Of a stretch of 64,000 nt of DNA, positions 40,035 to 50,092 are shown piece after piece. Numbering within the stretch: position 1 is the first letter of the stretch; every line of letters starts with the position of its first letter. A model generated the notes under the pieces. The model was not told where the DNA came from, searched no databases, and worked only from the letters and a program-made list of their open reading frames with translations. Source of the DNA: a virus; the IMG/VR virus record IMGVR_UViG_2889482124_000004, positions 989-64,988 of that record. One strand, written 5' to 3'. Made by a program: the position numbers and the translations under genes.

Positions 40035-40700
40035 CTATGGAAGGATTGCTCTGTTGTGGTGCGGCACATCCTCTCGGGTCATGCGCCGCATGTCGCTGTC
40101 TGGCAATTCGCCAAAGTAGCTTGTGAATTTCTGCTCAGCCAATGCCGAGCGCTGTGGGTCAAAGGCTTCCGTGTCGGGAACGCTGTAGGCTTGGTGCAGC
40201 ACCCAATCGAGCAAGTGCACATGGCTGGCCTTGTGGATCTCTGGCTCATCCGTGCTAAGGGAAAGAAGCTCCAGCGGCAGGCGGTACACATCGAGGTGCA
40301 ACACGTCCCCCTCTTCGATCCGCCCAACAATGCGCAGCGATGTCTCGTCTTGGATTGCCCAGACAGCTGGCCGCTCTTGCTCGTCGCGCCAATCTTGGCT
40401 GTATTCGTCCAGCCACTCGCGCGACTTGATCGTGATTGCGCGCGTGCCGCTGCGACCGCGCAGCGTGATCGAAATGATCTCGTACACAGACTCATGCAAT
40501 GGGTATGTGTGCTGCGCAGGCTCAAGCGCAATTTGCACCACCGCACTGGTGGCGTCATCTCGAAGCAAGCGCCCGCGCATGCAGGCCTGCTCTTGTGCAT
40601 CGTTAAACCAATCCGTTAGCTCGCCATCGCTCCAGAAAAATGGCTCAGCCTTATCACTGGCCAACGTGCGAAACCTGCGGATCAACTCTTTGAGGTTCAT
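40035..40700 (-). CDS. Head-tail adaptor protein
   Basis: L.ELI..FR....D......WSD.EL..W.NDAQ...C.R N-terminus typical of podoviral adaptors. Confidence 0.75.
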   Translation of the reverse strand: MNLKELIRRFRTLASDKAEPFFWSDGELTDWFNDAQEQACMRGRLLRDDATSAVVQIALEPAQHTYPLHESVYEIISITLRGRSGTRAITIKSREWLDEYSQDWRDEQERPAVWAIQDETSLRIVGRIEEGDVLHLDVYRLPLELLSLSTDEPEIHKASHVHLLDWVLHQAYSVPDTEAFDPQRSALAEQKFTSYFGELPDSDMRRMTREDVPHHNRAILP

Positions 40701-41125
40701 TAGCGAGCCCCGAACTGCTCAACCAGAGTGCCAACTTGCTCACGCAAATCAGCCAAGCTCTTGCGCTTGTCTAGGTTCACCTCGTACTTGGCGGCATAGG
40801 CTTCTAGGCCGGCCTTGTCCATGCTGTCCAAAAGGGTCAACGTAGACTCCAGCGCCTGGTGCTCTGCCTCTGCCTCTTGGGCCTGTTGATCTTGGGCCAG
40901 CAACACCTTTGCCGCATCTGCTGCTCCGGTTTGCGCCAGCACTGGCTCGTCCACGGGCGTCTGGGCTACCGCATCTTTGTGAATTTTGAATTCCACAAAG
41001 CGCAGCAGCTCTTTACCAGCATCGCCTGTTACGGCCTTCACGTCGCCAGGCAACCAGGTTTGTGCCATGTGCGTGCGATCCGTATAGACCTTGCGGCCCG
41101 AATATTTGAGTTTCAAAACCTGCAT
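40700..41125 (-). CDS. Hypothetical head-associated protein with a C-terminal HeH/LEM-like helix pair
   Basis: MDK..L..YA....V.LD.RK....LR; ATG 41125 with GGAG RBS. Confidence 0.65.
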   Translation of the reverse strand: MQVLKLKYSGRKVYTDRTHMAQTWLPGDVKAVTGDAGKELLRFVEFKIHKDAVAQTPVDEPVLAQTGAADAAKVLLAQDQQAQEAEAEHQALESTLTLLDSMDKAGLEAYAAKYEVNLDKRKSLADLREQVGTLVEQFGAR

Positions 41126-41180
41126 CTTGGCTCCATGAATACCGGCGCTGGGGCAATGGCTGCTCCAGCGCCGGTCTGGT

Positions 41181-41666
41181 TTACTGGGCTGTGGCCACAC
41201 CTTCAGCGATTGCGTAAACAATCACCTCGATCTTGGATGCCTTGGCATTTGCGGCCACATTGACCTTGAGGGTCAAGTCAGCATCTTTGGGCAGCAGCAC
41301 CGAGCCCTTGCTGGTCGCTTTGCGCAAATGCGCTGCAGTTGCGAGATTCAAGCCCGCGCCAAAATACACGGCATCTTGCGGAACGGTGGCGGAATCCACG
41401 CCATCGTTGTAGGCAAAGCCCAGATCGCCGGTAATCGTGGCCGTCATGCCCTCGCTGACAATGACTGCACTGTCGACAACACGAAAGCCTGCTGGGATCT
41501 GCCCCAGCACCACCACATCACCAATTGCCAGGGGCGCATCGCTGCTTGCATCCAATGCCGCGCCTGCTGCATTTGTCTCCAAGACAAAACGCAGCGCGGA
41601 CAAATTACCCCAAGGGGTTGAGCCCAGCGCATTGCGGTGCGCCTGCTTCTTCGTTACTTTTGCCAT
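41181..41666 (-). CDS. Capsid decoration/cement-like protein
   Basis: GDVV.LG.IP.G motif, beta-rich, directly after the capsid; GGAGG RBS. Confidence 0.7.
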   Translation of the reverse strand: MAKVTKKQAHRNALGSTPWGNLSALRFVLETNAAGAALDASSDAPLAIGDVVVLGQIPAGFRVVDSAVIVSEGMTATITGDLGFAYNDGVDSATVPQDAVYFGAGLNLATAAHLRKATSKGSVLLPKDADLTLKVNVAANAKASKIEVIVYAIAEGVATAQ

Positions 41667-41700
41667 CTCTTGGCCTCCGAATAAATTGAAATGAGAGACA

Positions 41701-41714
41701 GGGGCCGAAGCCCC
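41701..41714 (-). terminator. Hairpin/terminator after the major capsid gene
   Basis: GGGGC-TTCG-GCCCC followed by TGTCTCTCATTT. Confidence 0.6.
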
Positions 41715-41719
41715 GTGCA

Positions 41720-43006
41720 TCACGCTTGCGCAGAAATACGCACAGCCGTATCGATGGCAATCACGCCATGGTCAGTGAAGTGCTTGACGCCACCGCCCTG
41801 CTCAACCAACCAGCGCAATTTCTGCACGCCGTGGATAGCGCCGATCAACAGCTCTTCCTTGTCGTCGTGGTCAAAGGTCTTCTCTTTCCAGAAGTACGGC
41901 ATGCCGCCGTGCTTGGAACGGCCAAATGCGTGAGCCAAGGCTTGACCGCCCAACAGCACTGCACGATCAATCGCGTGGGTCGTGCCGAATGCCTCAGGCA
42001 CTCGGGCGATGGACTCGTTTGCACTTGCGTAGTCCGCGCAAAAGCGAATCTCATTGCCCGCATAGAAGCGAATCGGCTTTGGCATCTTCATCAGCAAGAT
42101 GCCATTCCACAGGCCACACTCGCCCAGGAACAGCGGGTGCTGCTTGGCTTTGGAGGCGCGGGCCAGCGCATTGGCCTGTATGGCGCGGAAATCCTTCGAG
42201 CGGCTGAACGAGCTGTACTGGTCTGGGGAGACCAGCATCACGCGCAGCGGCGAATCGTTGGCCACCACATCACCTGGCACCTTCACTGCAGGCGGCGGCA
42301 ATGGAATGGTTTCGATCATGGCGCGCACCGAATCAACCGTATCCATGTCCAGCTCGTCGGTAGACTGCAACGTCACTTCACCGGCATTCACGCCAAAGCC
42401 ACCAATGCCATTGGAGCCGCCAGCAATGTAATGGCGGTTCTTGGTTGGCGCCAACACAGGGTTGACAACGATTTCAGCAAAGTCGGCATGCTTCTCGGTC
42501 GGCACGCGCCACTCGATGTTGTCGTGGAAACCGCGCGCGCCAGCCAAGTGGGTCAAGAGGGCTTGATCCTGGTAGCTGTCCATCAGGCTTTGCGCAATTG
42601 GACGGCCAATCTTGCGAACCTGCACAGGCGAGCGCAGCTCATCCATGGTGTCGCCCAAGTCCACCGGAAAGCGGGCTTGATCCACACGCACACGGCTGTT
42701 GTCATGCTTGATGCCAACGCCCTTGCCTTCTGCCATCTTGCTGCCCATGATCGGGTATGCGCCCACTGGCTGAACAAAGTGGAATCTCACTTCATCACCA
42801 GCACCACGGGTCAAATCCACGCTGCGCACAATTGGCAAGTCAGCGGTGGTTTGTTTGCGGATATTCTCTGCCGCACCAGCCTCGCCCTTTGGCATGGGGC
42901 CAGACAGACGCGCCAGTGTCGAATTGCGCTGCATGCTTTGTGCGAACAGGCCTGCTGCCTGCACGAACATAGCATTAGCGCGCGATGTTTGAGTTTTACC
43001 GGACAT
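41720..43006 (-). CDS. Major capsid protein, N4-gp56/DUF4043 family
   Basis: DL....GD.V.F, HPLF.GE.GLWNGIL, DRA.LLG.QAL, D.GVIA.DTA. Confidence 0.9.
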   Translation of the reverse strand: MSGKTQTSRANAMFVQAAGLFAQSMQRNSTLARLSGPMPKGEAGAAENIRKQTTADLPIVRSVDLTRGAGDEVRFHFVQPVGAYPIMGSKMAEGKGVGIKHDNSRVRVDQARFPVDLGDTMDELRSPVQVRKIGRPIAQSLMDSYQDQALLTHLAGARGFHDNIEWRVPTEKHADFAEIVVNPVLAPTKNRHYIAGGSNGIGGFGVNAGEVTLQSTDELDMDTVDSVRAMIETIPLPPPAVKVPGDVVANDSPLRVMLVSPDQYSSFSRSKDFRAIQANALARASKAKQHPLFLGECGLWNGILLMKMPKPIRFYAGNEIRFCADYASANESIARVPEAFGTTHAIDRAVLLGGQALAHAFGRSKHGGMPYFWKEKTFDHDDKEELLIGAIHGVQKLRWLVEQGGGVKHFTDHGVIAIDTAVRISAQA

Positions 43007-43055
43007 GATGTCCTCCTGCTATAGGGATGGCAGCCATTTGCGACTGCACATGGTG

Positions 43056-43991
43056 TTAAATCTTGTCGAGCAAACTATCAATTTGCTCTGGCGTCATCCC
43101 ATGCATTCGGTCGAGCAGCGCAGACGGGTTGCCCGCGCTCTCCAAGACCTGCTGGGTTTCATCCTTCGGTGGCGCTCCAGCCACTTCGGACAAAGAAGCT
43201 GGGGTATACCGCTGCACCTCCGGTGCTTTGGCGACTTTGGCTGGCTGTGCAGCGCTTGCACTGGCCTGGCCTTTGAATGCATCCAGAACTTCGTTCACTT
43301 GGGTTGCTGTACCCGACTGCAATGCATGCTGGACACCTTGCGCGGCAAAAGGCGGCAATGTGGCAATCCATGCACTGAATTGCTCAGATTGGTACACCTC
43401 CGACGCATCAGGATGCTTGCTAAAAATCGCGTCGAAGTGCGCCTGCTCCGCTGTGCGCGACTGCTCTGCGAGTTCTGTTTGCTTCTGATTTGCTTGGATT
43501 TCGGCCAGCAACAATGCGCGCTCTTTGGCCATCAATGTCTGCACACCTTTGGCAAGCCCCTCTTCCGAGAAATCACCAAAGATAGAAACATCAACGCCTT
43601 GCTCAATAGCCTCTTGCGCGGTCTGCAGGTTTTGGCTGGCGCTTGCCGCATCCGCTGGCTTGCTGCGCAACTCCTGCAATTCACGCTCCAACTGATCGAT
43701 CCGCTCTTGCGCAGTTTTTGCTGCATCACGCGCTTCGGTCAGCTTTTCATAGGGGATCGTGTATGCACCAGATCTACTGGCAATTGGCGCTACTTGCTCG
43801 CCATCCGGCAAGCCGTTTTTCGCCGTGTCCTGCTTTTCGGGTGCACTAGCGGCCGCCTCAGCCGCTTCGTTTTCGCCGCCGTTATTGGCTTCATTGCCTT
43901 GCTCGGATTCATCCAAATCCTGACCCTCAGACAAATCGCCAAGCTCTGCTTGCGCCAACAATGCCGCTGCTTCTTGCGGTGACAAACTCAT
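43056..43991 (-). CDS. Scaffolding protein
   Basis: Acidic coiled coil, TIPYEKL, HF.AI...HPD motif; directly before the capsid. Confidence 0.75.
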   Translation of the reverse strand: MSLSPQEAAALLAQAELGDLSEGQDLDESEQGNEANNGGENEAAEAAASAPEKQDTAKNGLPDGEQVAPIASRSGAYTIPYEKLTEARDAAKTAQERIDQLERELQELRSKPADAASASQNLQTAQEAIEQGVDVSIFGDFSEEGLAKGVQTLMAKERALLLAEIQANQKQTELAEQSRTAEQAHFDAIFSKHPDASEVYQSEQFSAWIATLPPFAAQGVQHALQSGTATQVNEVLDAFKGQASASAAQPAKVAKAPEVQRYTPASLSEVAGAPPKDETQQVLESAGNPSALLDRMHGMTPEQIDSLLDKI

Positions 43992-44142
43992 GTATTCACT
44001 CCATATGGCCATCCAGCCAGCCGGTGTGCAATTGAGCAAACAGCAAGGGCTGCAGCGCCTGCTGTTCACTCTCCTGCTATGGGATATGCAACCTCACAGA
44101 GGTAGCGGTTCACGTCACGCTGCCGCGCTTTGCTTGAATCAG

Positions 44143-44183
44143 AGTGTCTTAATTTTGTTCAGACCATTCAAACCCTAAGCGGG
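44143..44183 (-). promoter_or_regulatory. Late promoter copy 5 (scaffold-capsid operon)
   Basis: CCCGCTTAGGGTTT (44183-44170)-N21-GACACT. Confidence 0.72.
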
Positions 44184-44248
44184 GATGTGGCAAAGCGATC
44201 AGGCATTGCTATATCATTCGATACCAATGCAACATTAAGAAACACTAA

Positions 44249-44782
44249 ATGAAACTTAAAACCATAGCCTCAGTTGCTGCAGGTACTTTTGGATTGTTGG
44301 CGTCTACAGTTGGGCTAATAGCAGTATTTTTCCCGTCAATGCTTAACCTTGAGAAAAAAGCCCCAGAACAGCTGCAAACACTTATAGCTAAAGAGTCGGA
44401 CGTTCTTGAATTGGAAACATTTTTAAGAAAAAACGTTGGCAGGTATGTTTATCTCGACTTAGGCATTTGTATCAACTACCCTGAAAATGCTTGTCCCAAG
44501 ATAAGACAGGATGCTTACGGCATTGATGTTCAAGGATGTGGCAATAGCACCAAGTATGACAGCCTGTCCATAAACCCCCACAGCGATACTTCAGACCCCA
44601 TTTTTCTTCAAACGGGTGACCTAAGAGATCAATGCGTATGGAAAGAATTTGATCACGCCTCAGATGGTGAGCTTGTTGCTGCAGGATACTTCTATGTTCC
44701 AAACAACTTCGAAAACTTCCCCGAAGGTTTTCAACATTGGCACATTAACCGATCAACTGAAGAAATTGCATTGGGCAAATAG
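44249..44782 (+). CDS. Membrane-anchored moron protein
   Basis: N-terminal TM helix, four Cys, AT-rich, antisense to the head operon. Confidence 0.7.
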   Translation: MKLKTIASVAAGTFGLLASTVGLIAVFFPSMLNLEKKAPEQLQTLIAKESDVLELETFLRKNVGRYVYLDLGICINYPENACPKIRQDAYGIDVQGCGNSTKYDSLSINPHSDTSDPIFLQTGDLRDQCVWKEFDHASDGELVAAGYFYVPNNFENFPEGFQHWHINRSTEEIALGK

Positions 44783-44827
44783 ATAAAAATTATTCTTTGG
44801 ACGAGTAGCATTGATGGGCGGTGCTGG

Positions 44828-45547
44828 CTAAATCAACCAACCGCGCTCTTGCATGAAATCGACAGGATGCTTTGCGCTCTTGCTTAGGTTGCATGGCGGG
44901 CAAAGGATTTGAAGATTGGATGCCGCGTTGGTGCCGCCTTTTGAAAGAGGCGTGATGTGATCCAGGTGATAGCCAGATCGCCGCACATCACATAGACAGG
45001 CCACACACCTTGACCGCTGCCTTTTCAAGAGCCCCTCAACAATAGCCTTTGTCACGACTCCTTCAGCACCTCGACGCATAGCTTTTGCAGCTTTGCGACC
45101 TGGCTGCAATCGCTCCTTGTTCACCCGGTAAAACAACCGAGATCGCTGACGAAGTTCATTTCGATTGACAAGCCTGTACTGAGCCCTTTGCTGATTCACG
45201 CGCTCGCGGTTGACCTCCACATAAGCCTTCGCATCCGCAAGCAAACGATCTCGATTAGCCCAATACCGTGCTTTAGCTCTTGCTCGCGCAGCTTCTACAT
45301 TTTCTGCAGCATATTTCCTAGCAATCGCCCGGCGCTTTTCTGGATCCTCCCAATAACGCTCTTTTTTCTGGGTCGAGATTTGTTCCGCATTTTCCTTGTT
45401 GTACAGCTTCTGCTTTGCAGCAACGCATGGCTTGCATTCACCTCGCAAGCCATCTAAACAGGCAATGCATTTATAAAATGCTGACCTCGGTTTTTCTTGT
45501 TGACACTTAGAGCATTTTTTTGAAGCCGTGTCTTCCATTTCGCTCAT
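44828..45547 (-). CDS. Free-standing HNH endonuclease
   Basis: CxxC...CxxC N-terminus; HLDHITPLSKGGTN...NLQILC..CNLSK. Confidence 0.9.
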   Translation of the reverse strand: MSEMEDTASKKCSKCQQEKPRSAFYKCIACLDGLRGECKPCVAAKQKLYNKENAEQISTQKKERYWEDPEKRRAIARKYAAENVEAARARAKARYWANRDRLLADAKAYVEVNRERVNQQRAQYRLVNRNELRQRSRLFYRVNKERLQPGRKAAKAMRRGAEGVVTKAIVEGLLKRQRSRCVACLCDVRRSGYHLDHITPLSKGGTNAASNLQILCPPCNLSKSAKHPVDFMQERGWLI

Positions 45548-45616
45548 TGCGACTCCTCAATAATCAAAGATGGCTAAAGCCCAAGCGGATTTCACGCTTC
45601 TTTGGACTCGCATTGT

Positions 45617-47845
45617 TTAGTCAGCGCGCAGCGTTTCAATGCCTTGATTTGCCCCTGCAGCAGCGCTATCAGCCTGTAATGGAAGTTGCGGCGTTGTTGG
45701 ACTAGTGTCGCCTGGCACCCCACCTGGCTGCTCCACGCTCACGGACTGTGGTGGTACTGGATAGTTCGGGTCTTGTCCGGCTGGATTGGGTGGTTGCCAA
45801 CCTGCCTGCTTCATTACTACATCGCCGATTGGCGCCACCAATGGGTTTAAGGCGATCTTCTCTCCAGTTTGCATCGCTGCGAATGCGCTTGTGACACCGA
45901 CCTGAACCGCTTCGCGCACCAACTTCTCGATCTGCGCGTCCGCCATCCGCTCCTTGACCGACAGCTCCCGCTCTTTGAGCTCGTACATCAGCTCCTGTTT
46001 GACCTGCTCGCGCACCTGCTCTGGATCCGCCTGGCCATTGGCCTGCTGGATCGCCTCGACCACCTGCTTTTTGCGCGGCAGATCCATCAAATCCACCATG
46101 AACGGCATCATGACCTGCTGCATTTGCGCTGGCAGCGACTTGATCGACTCAGACAGCGCATTGAGCTGCTGCGCACGGAATCCGCTTGAAGATGGCACAT
46201 CCTCTAGTGCGACTTTGAGCCGAGTGCGCTTGATGTCGTTGCTGCGATAGGCAACGCCAGTGTGCGGGTCGACCTCGGGGGCATTGATCACCACTGTGCG
46301 CGGCGGATTCAACACATCGCCCTCGATGACGATGGTGGTTTCTTCCTTGCCCATGTCAGCAATGATGAGCGCCATGAGCAGCTCGCCAACCTGGGTGCGG
46401 GCATCCTTGAAGCTATCCATCAAGTCGGCAATTGAGATCTCGGACTGCTCCAGTTGCGTTTGCTCCTGCAACCCACTGCGCGCCGTTCCCTTCTGCCCCT
46501 GGAATGCTGGCGTTATGCCTGAAACGCCCTCGATTGATTGGCGCGAGTCCTGCATCAGCTGAAATTGCTGGTCGTTGAGCTGGAAGTCGCGCTTGACCTC
46601 AAACCGCGCGCCCTGCTTGGCCATATGCACCTCGTCCAGCACGATGTCAGCGTCAACCCTTGAAACCTGCCTGCGGAATTGCTCATCCGACATGGCCACC
46701 GCTCCCTTGGTGCGTTCTGTACGGGTAGCCGACATTCCCCAGCGCAGTTTGCTGATGCTGCTGTTGAGGTTATCCTGGGGAAAGATCATGTCACGCACCA
46801 GGCCGTAGGGCACGCCGGTCATGTCCTCCCGATAGCCCCAAACCGGCACATAAGGGAAGTGGCAGTGCGGGTATGGGCTTGGCCGGTCCACCAACTGGTG
46901 CGGGCCCATCCAGAATGCCTGGCGCACGCGGCCCATCAATTCCTCAACCAGCCTACCCCGGCCAGTGGTCACGGCCACCTGGTGCAGCTCGTTGGCCTGG
47001 TCGTATTCAACCGCGCGGCCATCGGGCATGCGCAGAATCGTGGTGCGCACCCAGCGCCGGTACCAGACCTCAGTGATGGCGATGGTTTCATTTTCGTCGT
47101 TGTACCAACTGTCCTCTGTCGCAGTCCATGCGCGCTCCGCGTTCGCCGCATTCAACAAGCCAGTCGACAGATCGCCTTCCAGCATCTCGCCGGCATGGCC
47201 TGCAATCCACTTCTCAAGCGATCGCAGGATGATAGGCGCATGCTCTGGAAACAACTGCGCAGCCCTTTGCCGCTCCACCCAGCGGCGGCGGTACAGCCAG
47301 CGCGCATCGCTGAGGTCTGGCTCTTGCGCATGCATGTCCCAGAACACCTCATTGCGGTGAACGTGGCGGCATTTGTATGGGAACTGGATACTGTTCTGCG
47401 CGCTTGCCACTTCAACCCAGCCCACGCCAGTCACGATCATGGACTTGAAGGCCTCCGACAACGCGCGATCCGCCTTGGCATGGCGCTCCGCCTGGTTGAG
47501 CCGGTAATTGAGCGCATCAGCCACATCTTGCCCACCAGGGTCGCCATCGGGTGTTACGCGCCAATCCGTGCGTGTCTTGGCCTCATAGCCACAGACCGCG
47601 CGGATGGCTGGCGTGATTTTGTTCTCCTTGGCTGGCGGAATGCCCAAGGCCTTCTGCCTGCGCAGCAGATCCGAATCGAGCTGATTGCCGTCGGCATAGT
47701 CTGCCTCACGGTCGGCCTGCGCGCGCCATGGCGGCTGATTGATGGCCTCACGAACAATGCTCTGAAACTCCTGCAGCGTAAGCGGCTCATCCGCGCCGTC
47801 GCGCACTTCATCCACCAAGCTGTTGATATTGTCTGTAGTGTCCAT
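45617..47845 (-). CDS. Portal protein (P22-like)
   Basis: Y.DG.Q, N.I.P....V.G.E, G.GW.EV, D.SDARW, FPYVP.W motifs; follows the terminase. Confidence 0.88.
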   Translation of the reverse strand: MDTTDNINSLVDEVRDGADEPLTLQEFQSIVREAINQPPWRAQADREADYADGNQLDSDLLRRQKALGIPPAKENKITPAIRAVCGYEAKTRTDWRVTPDGDPGGQDVADALNYRLNQAERHAKADRALSEAFKSMIVTGVGWVEVASAQNSIQFPYKCRHVHRNEVFWDMHAQEPDLSDARWLYRRRWVERQRAAQLFPEHAPIILRSLEKWIAGHAGEMLEGDLSTGLLNAANAERAWTATEDSWYNDENETIAITEVWYRRWVRTTILRMPDGRAVEYDQANELHQVAVTTGRGRLVEELMGRVRQAFWMGPHQLVDRPSPYPHCHFPYVPVWGYREDMTGVPYGLVRDMIFPQDNLNSSISKLRWGMSATRTERTKGAVAMSDEQFRRQVSRVDADIVLDEVHMAKQGARFEVKRDFQLNDQQFQLMQDSRQSIEGVSGITPAFQGQKGTARSGLQEQTQLEQSEISIADLMDSFKDARTQVGELLMALIIADMGKEETTIVIEGDVLNPPRTVVINAPEVDPHTGVAYRSNDIKRTRLKVALEDVPSSSGFRAQQLNALSESIKSLPAQMQQVMMPFMVDLMDLPRKKQVVEAIQQANGQADPEQVREQVKQELMYELKERELSVKERMADAQIEKLVREAVQVGVTSAFAAMQTGEKIALNPLVAPIGDVVMKQAGWQPPNPAGQDPNYPVPPQSVSVEQPGGVPGDTSPTTPQLPLQADSAAAGANQGIETLRAD

Positions 47846-47846
47846 A

Positions 47847-49127
47847 TCAGTCCTGCCAATCTGGCTCAGGGGCCTCTTTGTATTCGTAGGTTGCGTTCAC
47901 CATCAATGGCACGGCCTGGCCAAGGTAGCGAAACATGTCTGCACCGTGGCTGAATTCGTCATGCAGCGGCGCCATGGGCTCATCCGTCTTTGTGTGAATT
48001 GCGCGCCGGTACCGCTTCAGGCACTCCAACAGACGCACCGTCTTGCGCTGATCGAAATAGCAGCGGGGGAACACCATGCGCGCTGCCTTGATGCCCTCTT
48101 CCACACTGGTTTGGGCAAGTACTACCGGATTTCTGCCCATCGCCTGCAATTGCTCTTCGGTGCTCTTGCCCGTCTGGAAATTGCGAGTGCGGCCGTCATG
48201 CGGCAAGAAGTCAGTGCCCCAGCGAAACGGCCTTTTCTCAATCTGGGCCACATACCAATCCAGCGTGCGGTGGCTGTCCTCGATGTAGTCGATCAGGCGC
48301 ACATCCTGGGGTCCGCGCTGCACAAAGCCAATCGTCATGGCATCGTTCCAACCCAAGTCCCATACGGTGTGCACGGGCAGCGTTGGATCGTATGGCACAG
48401 GCATCACGCGGCCATCGAGCGCCAAGGCGGCAATCTCATGCCTGTAGATCGCGCCTTCGGCAACCGTGCGGGCCTTGCCTTCCCAGATATGCGCATAGTC
48501 GTCGGCCAGCATGCTGCGCTTGGCCTTCAAGCGCTCTTGGTTCAACACCTCTGGGAACCACGGGTTATCGCGCCAATTGATTTCTACGCACCAAGTGTCA
48601 TCGCCCGGTGCCGCTACGAAACGCACGTAGGTTTCGTCGGTCTCCATGTCTGGGTTGAGCGTGAGCCAGATTTCTGAGCCAGGCTTGCGGATCGTTGGAA
48701 TTAGCACGTTCCAACTGCGCTTGCTCACGCCGTGCGCCTCTTCCACCCAAACGATGTCGCAGCCCTCAAACGACTTGATCGAATCGACCGTGTGCGACTG
48801 CAGGCCTGAAAACAGAAAGAGCGAGCCGTTCGCGCCGCGTATCTCTGTCTCCAGGACCTCATAGAATCCGCTCAAACCAAGCCGTGAGATTTGATCCTGC
48901 AGCAACTGGTGCACAGACTGCTTAATCGACTTCTGAATCTCCCGCGCGCAAAGAATGCGAAGCGGCCGCTGCGCCGCCATGAGTAACAGCACGCCGGCCA
49001 CTGACCACGATTTACCACCGCCGCGTCCACCATGCATTACCTTGTAGCGGCGCGGCTCCCAGATACCAGCCAGCTTGGCGGGCAGCTGCAATAAAGGGAA
49101 TGGCGCTTGCCCAGCTGCAGTGCTCAT
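47847..49127 (-). CDS. terL: Terminase large subunit (PBSX-like)
   Basis: GGRGGGKS, CAREIQKSI, WVEEA, WDLG..D, SHGAD.FRY. Confidence 0.95.
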   Translation of the reverse strand: MSTAAGQAPFPLLQLPAKLAGIWEPRRYKVMHGGRGGGKSWSVAGVLLLMAAQRPLRILCAREIQKSIKQSVHQLLQDQISRLGLSGFYEVLETEIRGANGSLFLFSGLQSHTVDSIKSFEGCDIVWVEEAHGVSKRSWNVLIPTIRKPGSEIWLTLNPDMETDETYVRFVAAPGDDTWCVEINWRDNPWFPEVLNQERLKAKRSMLADDYAHIWEGKARTVAEGAIYRHEIAALALDGRVMPVPYDPTLPVHTVWDLGWNDAMTIGFVQRGPQDVRLIDYIEDSHRTLDWYVAQIEKRPFRWGTDFLPHDGRTRNFQTGKSTEEQLQAMGRNPVVLAQTSVEEGIKAARMVFPRCYFDQRKTVRLLECLKRYRRAIHTKTDEPMAPLHDEFSHGADMFRYLGQAVPLMVNATYEYKEAPEPDWQD

Positions 49128-49801
49128 TCGTCGTCATCCTCGGCTGGCCGCTTTGGCGGATCAACAAAGGCCACTGCCACAGAGAGGGGCACAAAGCCAG
49201 GTTGGCCTGGCTGCGCCTGCTCTTTGGCATCCATGTTGAATGCCTGCCGCTCTAGGTCGATTGCAATGCGTAAAGTCTCGCCCAGCACCTTTGCTGTCTT
49301 GGACCGCTCAGGCAGGCTGATGATCTTTTGGTACAGGTCGTTCATGCGATCCATGCCACGTTCATCTGGCGTGCGCATGAGATCGCCCAGGTCTTGCATG
49401 AGTGCAACTGTCTCTGGGTCGGTCTGTTGTTCTAGCTCATCAAAAAGGGCGTTGACGATCTTGCGTGTGCGGCGAATATCGGCTTGGTGGGATAGCTTGA
49501 CCGTGGCGATTAGCTGGCCAACATCCTCGACGGTCTTTCTTTCGTTAACAGGGCTAGCGCTGTTAACCGAGTTGTTAACCAATGCCTTGTTAACCAGCTC
49601 ATCTGCCTTGGCCTGGATCTTTGAAGCAAGGTCTCGAGTCCACCCATCCCGCTTTGCACGTTTGCTGATAGTGACGTGGCTGACGCCAGAGCCTTCAGCA
49701 ATCTCGCGTAGGCTTTTGATGCCGGCGCGGTAGTCTAGCTCGATGCGCTCCCAGTCCGCAACAGGCTTTTGTGGTGATGTGTCTGATTGATTTTTCCCCA
49801 T
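49124..49801 (-). CDS. terS: Terminase small subunit
   Basis: DWERIELDYRAG..SLREIA...G.SH..I.KRAKR.GW.RDL HTH. Confidence 0.88.
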   Translation of the reverse strand: MGKNQSDTSPQKPVADWERIELDYRAGIKSLREIAEGSGVSHVTISKRAKRDGWTRDLASKIQAKADELVNKALVNNSVNSASPVNERKTVEDVGQLIATVKLSHQADIRRTRKIVNALFDELEQQTDPETVALMQDLGDLMRTPDERGMDRMNDLYQKIISLPERSKTAKVLGETLRIAIDLERQAFNMDAKEQAQPGQPGFVPLSVAVAFVDPPKRPAEDDDE

Positions 49802-49807
49802 TCCACC

Positions 49808-49848
49808 AGTGTCTTTGGGGTGCCAGGGTAATCAAAACCCTATGCGGG
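49808..49848 (-). promoter_or_regulatory. Late promoter copy 6 (terminase-portal operon)
   Basis: CCCGCATAGGGTTT (49848-49835)-N21-GACACT-N6-ATG 49801. Confidence 0.75.
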
Positions 49849-50092
49849 GATCGCCCAAAGCGATGAAGTGCGCAACGCTCATCTTCACTCATACAAGTTG
49901 ACTCGCTGGCAATTATCTACGTGGATTGTTTTTTTGATTCAAAAGTATCTTATAGTTGCATTCTGAGTGGCTGAAATCGGCCATGAGCAGTCCTTCCATT
50001 ATTGGTCTTTGAGGACTCAAAACAAGCTCAATCTCATTATTGCGGGTAGATTTACTTCTATAAGAACGACTAGCATTTTTCACGTCATCTAG

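Noticed and set aside
41726-43024. 432-aa + strand ORF opposite the capsid gene (similarly 43005-43982, 46679-47953, 10288-11229)
   Set aside because: Shadow ORFs produced by GC-rich codon bias on the coding strand; no RBS or protein motifs
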